This document shows, one piece after another, positions 28,885 to 38,115 of a stretch of 64,000 nucleotides of DNA. Positions within the stretch are counted from its first letter, which is position 1; each line of letters opens with the position of its first letter. Under the pieces are notes generated by a model, which was not told the DNA's origin, searched no databases, and saw nothing but the letters and a program-made list of their open reading frames with translations. The translations under genes were made by a program, and so were the position numbers. The stretch is taken from NCBI GenBank assembly GCA_041738755.1, contig JBGSPE010000005.1, forward strand, positions 143,872 through 207,871, written 5' to 3'. This DNA is from Minisyncoccia bacterium (lineage in GTDB: Bacteria > Patescibacteriota > Minisyncoccia > Phycocordibacterales > UBA918).

Positions 28885-30432
28885 TTAGTTGGTCTTAACA
28901 GTTACGTCATCACCCGCGTTCAATCCTCTCGCATCAACGACAAATTCGTCAGTGGCCAAGAGACCGTTGGTGATTTCAATCAATGAATCTCGAACCGGAC
29001 CAAGTGAAACTGGTACTTGTGCGAGCTTGCTTTCATCAGTCACAATCAAAATGTATCCGTCTTCGGCTTCGAACTTCACCGCAGTTAAGGGTACGCGGAT
29101 AGCGGTATCGGTCGTGGTAGTAGACGCTTCTTTGGTGATTCGAACGGTATCGCCGTTGGTGAGTTCACTGGTTTCGGCTCCGATACGGACTTCAATTTTA
29201 CGAGTCACAGGGTCAATTGCTGGAGAGATTTGTGTCACTACACCAGGGTAGTTACCGTTGATTTGTACTTGGTCGCCAATCGCAAGAAGTGATTGTTCGT
29301 TTTCACCAATGAAGGTGATGATTTCAAGTGCATTGTTGTTGGCCACGAGAGCCACCGCTTGGCTACCATTGATGAAGTCACCAGTTCGTACATCAAGCGT
29401 ATTTACCGTTCCAGCAATTGGACTACGGAGGATAGTTTTTGAAAGATTAGCCTGAGCAGCCCGGAGTGAACCAAGCGCTTGCTTGATTTGTGCATCTGCC
29501 GCAGAGGTGGTGCCACCACTGGCTGCTACTTCAGCTCGTCTGATAGCATCCTGCGCTCCTTGGATACTTGTAAGACTTGAGTCGAGTGAAGATTTGGTAC
29601 CAATGAGGTTGCTTCGGATAGACGTGAAGCTGGTACTGAAGTTCTGTAATTCAGCTTCGGTGTAGGCACCGCCATTACTCTGGTCATTAAAAAGCGTGAT
29701 AAAAATATCAACCAAGACAATCATCTTGTCGACTTCTTGTTTGGCATTTTGAATTTCAGCTTCGAGGTTTCCATCAGTCGTAAGGCTGCTGGTACGTTGT
29801 TGCCAAGCCGGAAGGGAAGTCTGGTAGGCAACTCGCTCACGATTGAGGGTGTCGGTGTTGCCACGACCATTAAGTTTGAGACCAGGAATACTACCGTTTG
29901 GATTTGAGAAAAAAGGATCGATACTATTGAGTAACGTACCGTTTACCGTGTTGTACGCAGAACGTACATTACTGACAGCGCCGTTTTGAGCATTACGAAG
30001 TGAGGTGCGAGCTTCTTCAACACCGATACCACTTTGTGATGAAGCAGCGAGTGCCGCTTCATACGCTCCCTCAGCCTGGAGGACAGACGCACGCTCAGCT
30101 GCATTTTCAAGTGTTGCAATAACCTGACCAGCGCCAATTGTTTGGCCGAGGGTGACATTTACACCAGTTACTCGTCCACCTCGTTCAGCTGTGACGGTAG
30201 CTTCGGTGAGGGCGCGAACATTTCCTACGAGTGAAACTGACTGACCATTGGCTACTTCTGAGGCTGTGGTAAGAGTCACCTGGGGCAACACTGGCTCGAT
30301 AGCTGCAACCGGTGCCTCTTCTCCGGTCAGTCGTATCCCAACTACTACTAAAACAATAGCTGCTACGAGTAGCGCCCACTGCTTCTTACTTACTTGCTTC
30401 ACACGTCCCTTAATTTGGCTCAAAAATTGCAT
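28885..30432 (-). CDS. RND efflux periplasmic adaptor (membrane-fusion protein, HlyD family) with an extended coiled-coil
   Basis: N-terminal TM helix, biotin-lipoyl-like beta hairpins, a long Ala/Gln-rich coiled coil, and a C-terminal beta-barrel. It lies immediately upstream of the permease. Confidence 0.75.
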   Translation of the reverse strand: MQFLSQIKGRVKQVSKKQWALLVAAIVLVVVGIRLTGEEAPVAAIEPVLPQVTLTTASEVANGQSVSLVGNVRALTEATVTAERGGRVTGVNVTLGQTIGAGQVIATLENAAERASVLQAEGAYEAALAASSQSGIGVEEARTSLRNAQNGAVSNVRSAYNTVNGTLLNSIDPFFSNPNGSIPGLKLNGRGNTDTLNRERVAYQTSLPAWQQRTSSLTTDGNLEAEIQNAKQEVDKMIVLVDIFITLFNDQSNGGAYTEAELQNFSTSFTSIRSNLIGTKSSLDSSLTSIQGAQDAIRRAEVAASGGTTSAADAQIKQALGSLRAAQANLSKTILRSPIAGTVNTLDVRTGDFINGSQAVALVANNNALEIITFIGENEQSLLAIGDQVQINGNYPGVVTQISPAIDPVTRKIEVRIGAETSELTNGDTVRITKEASTTTTDTAIRVPLTAVKFEAEDGYILIVTDESKLAQVPVSLGPVRDSLIEITNGLLATDEFVVDARGLNAGDDVTVKTN

Positions 30433-30538
30433 ATAAATTACTTACGATAAACCCGACAAGAATAACACTAAAATCGTTTTTTGTCTAGATATTACGGGCT
30501 AAAGTACCCGTCTACAGATATGGTACAATCTCGGTCAT

Positions 30539-30853
30539 ATGTTTGGAAAAATGAAAAACTTTGCCATCAAGAAATTACTTGAAACGCAAATGAAGAATGT
30601 ACCTGAGGACCAAAAGAAAATGATTATGGAAATGCTCGAAAAGGACCCAGCTCTCTTTGAGAAAATCGCCAAGGAAATGCAAGCTGAGCTCAAGAGCAAC
30701 AACAATAATCAAATGGCCGCTGCGGCGAAGGTCCTCCCTAAGTACCAGAAAGAAATCATGGCTATCATGAGTCCAGAAATGAAAGAAAAGCTGATGAAGA
30801 TGCAAATGGGTGCAGCTGGACAGTTCAATCCAAACGGAAGCATTCGGCGCTAA
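30539..30853 (+). CDS. hypothetical Met/Lys-rich small protein
   Basis: 104 aa, about 18% Met (MIMEM, MKMQM, MAIMSPEMKEKLMKMQM). No signal peptide. Divergent from the RND operon. A terminator hairpin lies at 30873-30898. Confidence 0.45.
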   Translation: MFGKMKNFAIKKLLETQMKNVPEDQKKMIMEMLEKDPALFEKIAKEMQAELKSNNNNQMAAAAKVLPKYQKEIMAIMSPEMKEKLMKMQMGAAGQFNPNGSIRR

Positions 30854-30915
30854 TTATGAAAGGTATCAACAGGTGCGGGACTTATCCCGCACTTTGTTCG
30901 TTATGATACAACCAT

Positions 30916-31497
30916 ATGCAAACTAAAAAGATTGTTCTGATTTGTGGCCATCCGGATACCGATACGTTTACTGGTTCTGTCCTTGATCATTATCAAGCAG
31001 CGGCACAGTACGGGGGCCACTATGTGGCCCGCTTCAACCTCGGACAAATGCACTTTGACCCGATTCTCCGCAAAGGCTACAAAGAAATCCAACCACTGGA
31101 ACCTGATCTTATCCACCTCCAAGAAGCCATTACCGCCTGCGATCACGTCGTCATTGCTTACCCAAACTGGTGGTGCACTATGCCAGCCCTCCTTAAAGGC
31201 CTCTTTGACCGTATCTGGCTCCCAGGCTTTGCCTTCAATTTCAATAAACAAACCAAGAAAATCGAGAAGCACCTAGCCGGGAAGACCGCTCGCGTGATTA
31301 TTCTCTCTGGTTCACACAGTCCATTCAAGACCTGGTGGCAATTTGGTGACTACACCAATGAAATCCAATTTGGAATCCTTGAATTTGCCGGTATCACAAC
31401 CAGTGTTTCAGCCTATGGTCCCTGTGAACGGGTAGGGGATGTCTGCCGAACGAAGTGGATTAAAGATATTGAAACCCTTGGAAAACGAGCCAAATAG
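30916..31497 (+). CDS. flavodoxin-like NAD(P)H-dependent oxidoreductase (NAD(P)H quinone reductase / FMN reductase family)
   Basis: KKIVLICGHPDTDTFTGSVLDHY at the N-terminus and a YPNWWCTMPALLKG motif typical of Flavodoxin_2/NQR-type proteins. Confidence 0.65.
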   Translation: MQTKKIVLICGHPDTDTFTGSVLDHYQAAAQYGGHYVARFNLGQMHFDPILRKGYKEIQPLEPDLIHLQEAITACDHVVIAYPNWWCTMPALLKGLFDRIWLPGFAFNFNKQTKKIEKHLAGKTARVIILSGSHSPFKTWWQFGDYTNEIQFGILEFAGITTSVSAYGPCERVGDVCRTKWIKDIETLGKRAK

Positions 31498-31571
31498 CTT
31501 GACTTTTCAATATTTCTTGATATAATAGTAACAGGCTGATATTTGATACCTAGCCTTGAAAGGAGGCTGAT

Positions 31572-31955
31572 ATGAGACACCTTTTGATGATGATCTTGGC
31601 CAGTTTGACCTTGATCACCCCGGCTGTTGCACAGGAAGTACCTGAGACAGCTACCGAACGCAACCTGCGCGAGCAGAGCGATCGGATGACAGCGGCTACG
31701 GCTGCCGGCCAAGTCTTCGTTGAGCAGTTTACTGCTTCACGAGGTTGTGAACCTGGACAGGAGCAGGTCGTCAACGACTCACGCTCTGGAACCCGAGCAA
31801 CCTTCCGCTATCGTGACGATCCGCGCCGGCAAAACCGACGCGACGTCCAAAGTCTTCGCTTCCGCGGGCGCGGTCTGCCAGCAATCGGCCCGACTGCCCG
31901 TTTCACTTCTGATTCTTACTCTGAAAGGAGAACCGTATGCGTTACCCCCAGATGA
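31572..31955 (+). CDS. small secreted Arg-rich protein in a GC-rich islet
   Basis: AAGGAGG ribosome-binding site 7 nt upstream. Signal peptide MRHLLMMILASLTLITPAVA|QE. The mature part of about 105 aa is strongly basic. Confidence 0.45.
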   Translation: MRHLLMMILASLTLITPAVAQEVPETATERNLREQSDRMTAATAAGQVFVEQFTASRGCEPGQEQVVNDSRSGTRATFRYRDDPRRQNRRDVQSLRFRGRGLPAIGPTARFTSDSYSERRTVCVTPR

Positions 31956-32305
31956 TTCTCGCCACCATGCTCGCTATGGCTACCACAGCCTGTGCCGGCT
32001 CTGGCTTCGAAGTTCGCTCCGTAGGCTTCTCGCCGGAATTCACTGCCGGTGTCGCCAGGACGATGGATACCATCGTCCAGACCCCGAAGTGCAAGCAAGG
32101 TGAAGCACTTGTCACCGAGCGTCAAGCAGACGTCAGAACTGTCTCCGACAGCAATGGTGTCCGTAGTCGACAAACTGTTGGCCAACCAGGTCGTCAGGCA
32201 CGACAGGTCTCGGAACGTGACCGTCGTCGTGGACAGCTCTTCGTTGGTCAGGAAACGCGAATCAGGGCCAGCTCTGATTCCATCTGTGTCCCGATCGGCA
32301 ACTAA
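31937..32305 (+). CDS. small Arg-rich putative lipoprotein in a GC-rich islet
   Basis: AAAGGAG ribosome-binding site. Signal/lipobox-like MLAMATTAC|AGS. Overlaps the upstream ORF by 19 nt. A terminator lies at 32331-32375. Confidence 0.45.
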   Translation: MRYPQMILATMLAMATTACAGSGFEVRSVGFSPEFTAGVARTMDTIVQTPKCKQGEALVTERQADVRTVSDSNGVRSRQTVGQPGRQARQVSERDRRRGQLFVGQETRIRASSDSICVPIGN

Positions 32306-32330
32306 AGACCAATACAACGTGGTCTGACCC

Positions 32331-32375
32331 AAGGGCGAAGTGGAATTAATGTTCCGCTTCGCCCTTTAACTTTTA
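32331..32375 (+). terminator. rho-independent terminator
   Basis: AGGGCGAAG...CTTCGCCCT stem followed by a TTAACTTTT run. Confidence 0.6.
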
Positions 32376-32385
32376 CTACCACCTC

Positions 32386-33243
32386 GTGGTAGTATTTTTA
32401 TATATGTCACAAAGTTTCGGGCGCGATGCCGCCTTGGTTGTTTTTAAAGCTGTTACCGTTATTGTTACCATTGTATTGATTGTCGTGACACTTTCGGCCC
32501 TCTGGGAGATTGAAACCGTTATCAGTGACGGTACGTGCAATATTGTGGTATTGCCGGTAGAAGGGACGATTCTGCCATTCTACGGCCTCGTAGATGCACC
32601 ACTAGTCGTCACTCCTGAAATGGTTGAGAGTTTCCTCACGGCAGCTGAAGAAGAGCCAGACATCCAAGCGGTTCTCCTTGAAATTAACTCTCCAGGAGGG
32701 ACACCAGTTGCTTCAGAGCGGATTGCGAAGCGACTTCGTAGCAGCTCACTCCCCGTCGTTGGTCTGATTGGTGACGTTGGCGCTTCAGGCGGCTATATGG
32801 TGGGTGCCGCTACCGACTATCTCCTCGCTTCAGCCATGTCAGACGTTGGAAGTATCGGGGTCAACATGTCATACGTTGAACAATCACAAAAGAATGAAGA
32901 AGAAGGATTGACCTATGTGCAACTCACCACTGGTAAGTTCAAAGACGCTGGCAGCCCCGACCGACCAATTACTGATGAAGAACGCGAACTCTTCCAACGC
33001 GACTTGGATATCGTTCACAATGCCTTCATTGACCTGGTGGCCAACTATCGTTCACTCGAGCGAGACAAGGTCGTAGCTTTAGCCGACGGCTCCACCATGA
33101 CCGGTTCACGTGCACTCGAAAATGACCTTATCGACGAGATTGGCGGTCGCGAAGAAGCCAAGTCAGTCCTCGCCACCATCCTCGAACTCCCCGAAGAAGA
33201 AATTGTCTTCTGTGAGTATGAGACATCACTCATACCGTTTTAA
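32386..33243 (+). CDS. signal peptide peptidase SppA paralog (S49 family)
   Basis: TM helix, then AVLLEINSPGGTPVASERI...VGASGGYMVGAATDYLLASAMSDVGSIGV. Collinear with the 18667..19599 protein. Confidence 0.7.
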   Translation: MVVFLYMSQSFGRDAALVVFKAVTVIVTIVLIVVTLSALWEIETVISDGTCNIVVLPVEGTILPFYGLVDAPLVVTPEMVESFLTAAEEEPDIQAVLLEINSPGGTPVASERIAKRLRSSSLPVVGLIGDVGASGGYMVGAATDYLLASAMSDVGSIGVNMSYVEQSQKNEEEGLTYVQLTTGKFKDAGSPDRPITDEERELFQRDLDIVHNAFIDLVANYRSLERDKVVALADGSTMTGSRALENDLIDEIGGREEAKSVLATILELPEEEIVFCEYETSLIPF

Positions 33244-33256
33244 GCCAGAAGAAACG

Positions 33257-34120
33257 CTAAATACCAAGCGTGTTTATGAGGTGTAAGAATGCCGCATCGT
33301 CTTTGATCGCTTCAAAAAACTGCCGCATAAAGTTATCAATTCCGGTATCGGTAATATAGTACTCCCGAGCATAGTCTAAATCTTCTTGGGTAAATTCCTC
33401 ATCACCTCGGAAACCGAGCCAATTTTTAAGCTGCGCCATCCGTTCAGCTAATTCATTAGGTCTACTTAGATATTGAATTCTTTCCTCTCGAAGTCGCCCC
33501 CGTGAAAAATCTTCGTCAGACATTTCAACAAAATTAAGACCCGCTTCTGTCATCCTCTGTTGATTTTCTAACGCATTTTCTTTCGCATTCTTGAGACTAC
33601 TTTGATAGTCCTCTTCAGTATAGGTAATATTATTTGCATCAAAGGCGGTTTCAAATAGTTTCTGGTATGCCTCTTCACCAGGATTTCCACCAGGGTACTT
33701 CCGCACTACGTGTCCTTTTTCGTGAGCCTCCATGGCACTATTAACTCGTTTTGTTGGTGTGCTCCCATCTTCATTTTTCCAGAAAATGCCTATACCGCTA
33801 GAACTAGGGTGGGTATCGTCAAGCAATATTGGGGTCGATTGTTTTACCTCTTCAATAGCATCTAAAACCTCCTGTCGTACCTCCTCTTCACTTGGCATCA
33901 CAAATGGTTCGTCTCGGAAGATATATTCACCGCTCTCATCCTTATCTACATAGGTCACTGGTTCACCAGAATCAGCCTTTGCCTGGTATCCAATCATAGT
34001 AGTTTTAACTATCTTATCTACAATGTTAGGGTGGCTCAGTCGTTCAAATAGAACAATCGAGTCTAGCTCATCATGAATTTCTCGCTTATTTGGAGTTGGA
34101 TTAGCCTCAAATGTTTCCAT
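33257..34120 (-). CDS. hypothetical cytoplasmic protein with an HExxH zinc-metallopeptidase-like motif
   Basis: 287 aa with AMEAHEKGHVV (HEKGH) and no signal peptide. Confidence 0.35.
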   Translation of the reverse strand: METFEANPTPNKREIHDELDSIVLFERLSHPNIVDKIVKTTMIGYQAKADSGEPVTYVDKDESGEYIFRDEPFVMPSEEEVRQEVLDAIEEVKQSTPILLDDTHPSSSGIGIFWKNEDGSTPTKRVNSAMEAHEKGHVVRKYPGGNPGEEAYQKLFETAFDANNITYTEEDYQSSLKNAKENALENQQRMTEAGLNFVEMSDEDFSRGRLREERIQYLSRPNELAERMAQLKNWLGFRGDEEFTQEDLDYAREYYITDTGIDNFMRQFFEAIKDDAAFLHLINTLGI

Positions 34121-34211
34121 CCTAAAATGGTATCACAGAACAAAATAATAATCATAATAAAAAAGACCTACTCCCACCAGAGTGGTTTCGGTCTTGTTTT
34201 AGGTGCCTTGC

Positions 34212-34639
34212 TCAGTTCAACGCTCGAACCATGAGATGCTCAGCATACTTCTTGAGTGTAGCCGTGAGTGGCTCACGAGCATCCTTGGGGTAGCCATGAA
34301 GATCCGGATTGTATCCGGGCTTAACGCTTATGAGTTGAAAGAACCCTTGGAGCTTAGGCAGCATGTAGTTCGGCCCGGTGATGATTTCCTTATTCTTCTC
34401 CAGCCACACGATAAACTGTTCGGCCATGTGAGGAGCGATAACAATCAGCTCTGTCTGGCTCCAATTACCAGCAATCGGAATAAACCGATAATCAGTATCT
34501 GGTCTGACTCAAGCTCACTGAGCCATTCTGGCACTACTTCCCGCAACTTGGCCACTCGCTCGTACTGCGGGACTGCAACGAGCTCTTCTTTAAGAATATT
34601 ATGGATTTCCATAATTGTCTCCATCTGCAAAACCGGCAC
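34212..34639 (-). pseudogene. possible frameshifted DinB/YfiT-like small protein (two adjacent ORFs, +1 offset)
   Basis: ORF 34445..34639 and ORF 34212..34427 lie head-to-tail. The downstream ORF's frame stays open upstream through ...DYRFIPIAGNWSQTELIVIAPHMAEQ..., which suggests a single disrupted gene of about 140 aa. Confidence 0.3.
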
Positions 34640-34814
34640 TATGAGACCATACTAATAAGCTTAATGCAAATACGTACCCTAAGTTGTCTTCGTGGTATAT
34701 GGAAATAAACCTCCGCCAGAACCTCCAGCAATTACAAGAAATTGTCTGGGATGTTCTAAGTAAATAGCTCAGGTTATTAGAAAATGGCTATTTCTGTCAT
34801 GATATAATTTTCAT

Positions 34815-35786
34815 ATGACAACCGCGGAACGAGTTAATTTTTTGGTATGCAAATACAAAGTTAGTCCTTTGTATGCAGAGCAAATCATATCAAAGGTTCC
34901 AGCAGACACTTTTTCAGATGAAAATATAACTCGACTTTTAAAACAAAAACCTAAGCCATTCGTGAAGTGGGTTGGCGGTAAAAGGCAGTTGATTTCTCAA
35001 TTCCATCAAATCAATGCACTTACGCCAAAAAACTTTGATCAGAATATAAATACATTTTTTGAACCGTTTGTTGGTGGAGGCGCTATCTTTTTTGAACTCC
35101 TACCCAAGAAAGCAAGTATTAATGATATTAATGCAGAGTTAGTTACGACATACACTATCATCCGTGATGATGTTGAGGGCCTGGTTAATGAGCTGTTAAA
35201 AGGTCAGTATGTTTATGATAAAGATGTCTTTCTCACTATTAGATCATGGGACACAACAAAAATCTCAGAGATAAAACGAGCGGCTCGATTTATCTACCTC
35301 AATCGTACAGCTTTTAATGGTATGTATCGTGTAAACAAGAGTGGTCAGTTTAACGTCCCATTTGGTCGCTACACCAATCCGCAAATAGTTGATGAAACCA
35401 ATCTCCGTAATGTCTCAGCTGCACTTAAAGAAACTAAAGTAAAAAATGGTTCTTATAAATACGTTCTTGATGAGGCAAAGAAAGGGGATTTTATTTACTT
35501 TGATCCACCATACCACCCAGTATCAAAGACAGCTTCATTTACCTCGTATTCCAACGACGTATTCCTTCAGAAAGAGCAGGAAGAACTCAAAGATGCTTTT
35601 GTGGAGTTACATAATAGAGGCTGCAATGTTGCTCTTTCAAATTCGGACACACCTTTTATCGAAAGTCTCTTTAAGCCATTAGAAAATAAGGGTATTGTTA
35701 TCCATAGGGTGCAGGCTGGTAGGAATATAAACTCTAAGTCCGAGAGAAGAGGGAAGGTATTTGAACTTTTAGTTACAAATTATTAA
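34815..35786 (+). CDS. Dam-family (alpha-class, D12) N6-adenine DNA methyltransferase with an N-terminal extension of about 50 aa
   Basis: KWVGGKRQL SAM motif and the DPPY catalytic motif (FIYFDPPYHPVS). Order is motif I then motif IV. Confidence 0.85.
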   Translation: MTTAERVNFLVCKYKVSPLYAEQIISKVPADTFSDENITRLLKQKPKPFVKWVGGKRQLISQFHQINALTPKNFDQNINTFFEPFVGGGAIFFELLPKKASINDINAELVTTYTIIRDDVEGLVNELLKGQYVYDKDVFLTIRSWDTTKISEIKRAARFIYLNRTAFNGMYRVNKSGQFNVPFGRYTNPQIVDETNLRNVSAALKETKVKNGSYKYVLDEAKKGDFIYFDPPYHPVSKTASFTSYSNDVFLQKEQEELKDAFVELHNRGCNVALSNSDTPFIESLFKPLENKGIVIHRVQAGRNINSKSERRGKVFELLVTNY

Positions 35787-35791
35787 CTTTT

Positions 35792-37507
35792 ATGGCAGAA
35801 AGAACTGCATATAATTATTCGTTTTCAAATTTTTTAATTGGAGCGACCAATAAGTCATCGGGTAAGTTACTTATTGCGAATTTTCAAAGAAATTACGTAT
35901 GGGGAACAGGTCATGTAAAAAAGCTTCTTGATTCAATTAGAGCAAATGAGAAAGGTCACTACATTGGTAACATAGTAGTCCAAGAAGCAACAAATGGTGC
36001 TGGGGGGCACGATAGAGTTGTTGATGGTCAGCAGCGGATCGTCACATTAGCTTTAATTATAAGTGAGCTAAGAAGACACTTAACCGACGAAAGTGACTTA
36101 AAAAGATGCGAAAAAATTCTTTTTTATTCAGACAAAAATCCTAGGGTGAAATTTTCTAGGAAGAATTTGAACGATACGTACAAAAAAATATTAAGAAATG
36201 TTTTGGTTGAAAATCCAGATCAAAGTCAAGAATTGCTTTTAAAAAATCAAAAAGCAATTAAGGTTTACTTCGAAAAACATAAAGAGTATAAAAATATTTT
36301 AGAAAAAATATCAGCACTCGAGTTTGTTGTAATTAAATGTAAGACAACGGTCAGTGTGTACCAGTTGTTTGAGGCATTGAACTCACATGGAAAAAGATTA
36401 TCCGCTATCGAATTAATCAAAAACGGATTATTTGCTGAATCTAACGAAAACGAATCTGTTGAAAGAAAAATAAATGCTTTATGGGAAGAGATGGAGAAGC
36501 TTTTTGAAACGGAGGAAATAAAAAATATCTGGTTTGGTAAGTTCATGCGTCACAATTGGTTTTCCATTGCCGGTCCTGTCACTGAAGGTAAACTATATGA
36601 ACGCTTGAAAAAGTATTTAAAAGAAGAAAACGCTGTGGAATTCCTTGAAAATCTTCTAAATTCCGCAAAAATCTACACAAAACTAAGGTCGGCTGACCTT
36701 AGAAAGAAAGAGTTATCTAATTCAATGGACCACACTGCGTGGCAGAGGATTGAACTTTTGCTTAGAAACATCTCAGAACTTGAAATCGATCAGGTTTATG
36801 CCGTTATACTTGCTCTGGTTAAGTACGGTAAGAAAGAGCCTGAATATTTTGAAAAAGATAGGTTATACAGGGACATTTTTAAAATATGGTCTTTCATAAT
36901 TATCGTTAAATTTTCAAACTTGAGCCCTTCAAAATACGAAACGACTTTTGCAAATTTTTGCCACGATTTACTGAATAAAAATAGTAGTGAACTTAAGGAA
37001 GTAAAAAAAGAATTCTATGCAAAGCTTTACAGCCTTATGCCCTCAAAAAATGAATTCGTAATAAAATTAAACAAATCTATTAGATGTGCAAATAAAGAAG
37101 AGAAAAAAGTGAACTTTTCAAATAGTCGTGAATTCGTAAGGCTACTTCTGATGATTTATTTAACGAGTGGCGAAGAATTTATAGGAAAATATACTATAGA
37201 ACACATCATCCCTCAGGGCAGTTTAGTGAAGTGGAAAAATATTTCTGAAGAAAATAAGCTAGAAGTTGAACGTGTGTATCGTTACAAACTTGGTAACTTG
37301 ACCTTACTCAATATAGATAACGTTGAAAATGAAAATTTTAATACGAAGTATAAAAAATCGTACTCAAAATCTGTGTTTCCTAAGAATGTTCAACTTAGTA
37401 TGTATAAAGACTTGTTCAATAGCGATGTCCCGCAGAAAGCTGTAACTAAGCGAGGGGTGAAAATAGCAACTGATATATATGATGCACTAGCTAAAAATCT
37501 ATGTTGA
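35792..37507 (+). CDS. DUF262/DUF1524 (GmrSD-like) putative type IV / defence nuclease
   Basis: N-terminal DUF262 motifs (FQRNYVWG, VDGQQRI). C-terminal DUF1524 His-Me finger (IEHIIPQ, LGNLTLLN). Very AT-rich coding sequence. Confidence 0.75.
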   Translation: MAERTAYNYSFSNFLIGATNKSSGKLLIANFQRNYVWGTGHVKKLLDSIRANEKGHYIGNIVVQEATNGAGGHDRVVDGQQRIVTLALIISELRRHLTDESDLKRCEKILFYSDKNPRVKFSRKNLNDTYKKILRNVLVENPDQSQELLLKNQKAIKVYFEKHKEYKNILEKISALEFVVIKCKTTVSVYQLFEALNSHGKRLSAIELIKNGLFAESNENESVERKINALWEEMEKLFETEEIKNIWFGKFMRHNWFSIAGPVTEGKLYERLKKYLKEENAVEFLENLLNSAKIYTKLRSADLRKKELSNSMDHTAWQRIELLLRNISELEIDQVYAVILALVKYGKKEPEYFEKDRLYRDIFKIWSFIIIVKFSNLSPSKYETTFANFCHDLLNKNSSELKEVKKEFYAKLYSLMPSKNEFVIKLNKSIRCANKEEKKVNFSNSREFVRLLLMIYLTSGEEFIGKYTIEHIIPQGSLVKWKNISEENKLEVERVYRYKLGNLTLLNIDNVENENFNTKYKKSYSKSVFPKNVQLSMYKDLFNSDVPQKAVTKRGVKIATDIYDALAKNLC

Positions 37508-38097
37508 TTGAAAATAAAGAAATAATTCGATGGTGTTATGAAGGTGTAACAGATTACACACTTGTTAATGGTTCAAATAAAAGCTTTTTGAAGGCCGCTA
37601 ATGAAATTGAAAAAACTTGGGGAAATCAATTAATGGGAACCACCGATGGGGGTCAATGGACTACAATATTTTGCCAAAACTTAGTTAAAGAAGCCTTAGA
37701 AAAACTAGGAAGAAAAAATGTTAGATCGACCACCGCGAAACAGGCGTCCCTACGTATGAAACGATATGATCCAGATTTAGAATGTGATGATTTCGTGTAT
37801 GAAGTTAAAGGAAGGAGTTGGACTACTTCTGGAACGGCAGGTGAAAAAATTCTGGGCGTCCCTTTGAAGTATGGAGAAGTTCCTCGACTATACCATAAGC
37901 CTCTTAAAATAGTTCTAATAGGTTATCAAGAATATGAAGCAAGACACATGTGGCAATTTGGAGATTTACTAGACGAAAACAATCAAACATCGGAGCTAAA
38001 AGAAGCTTTGACTTATCATAAGCAACATAATATAGAGTATGTAGGTTTTACAGACATTCTAAAAGAATTAGGTTATCCGGACGGTTGCTGGGAATAA
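37501..38097 (+). CDS. putative type II restriction endonuclease (PD-(D/E)xK)
   Basis: DPDLECDDFVYEVKG (D...E.K) core. Start overlaps the upstream stop (ATGTTGA). Immediately upstream of a DNA methyltransferase. Confidence 0.55.
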   Translation: MLIENKEIIRWCYEGVTDYTLVNGSNKSFLKAANEIEKTWGNQLMGTTDGGQWTTIFCQNLVKEALEKLGRKNVRSTTAKQASLRMKRYDPDLECDDFVYEVKGRSWTTSGTAGEKILGVPLKYGEVPRLYHKPLKIVLIGYQEYEARHMWQFGDLLDENNQTSELKEALTYHKQHNIEYVGFTDILKELGYPDGCWE

Positions 38098-38115
38098 GCT
38101 TGATATACTTAACGT

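Noticed and set aside
26128-28898. Multiple plus-strand ORFs (26192..26416, 26442..26831, 27285..27746, 28155..28481, 28611..28898) and minus-strand ORF 26128..26409
   Set aside because: All are embedded in, or antisense to, the 1032-aa RND permease gene. They have low-complexity Ser/Thr/Val-rich translations, typical of the antisense frames of a membrane-protein gene.
28889-30436. Plus-strand ORFs antisense to the RND adaptor gene (28889..29251, 29258..29455, 29483..29665, 30248..30436)
   Set aside because: They are antisense to a well-supported 515-aa HlyD-family gene. Their Ser/Ala/Thr-rich composition is typical of reverse frames.
31413-32332. Minus-strand and alternative-frame ORFs in the GC-rich islet (31413..31712, 31550..31774, 31720..32103, 31916..32332, 32049..32327)
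   Set aside because: High GC suppresses stop codons in all frames. These ORFs lack ribosome-binding sites and signal peptides, whereas the two chosen plus-strand ORFs have both plus a terminator, so the alternatives are treated as non-coding shadows.
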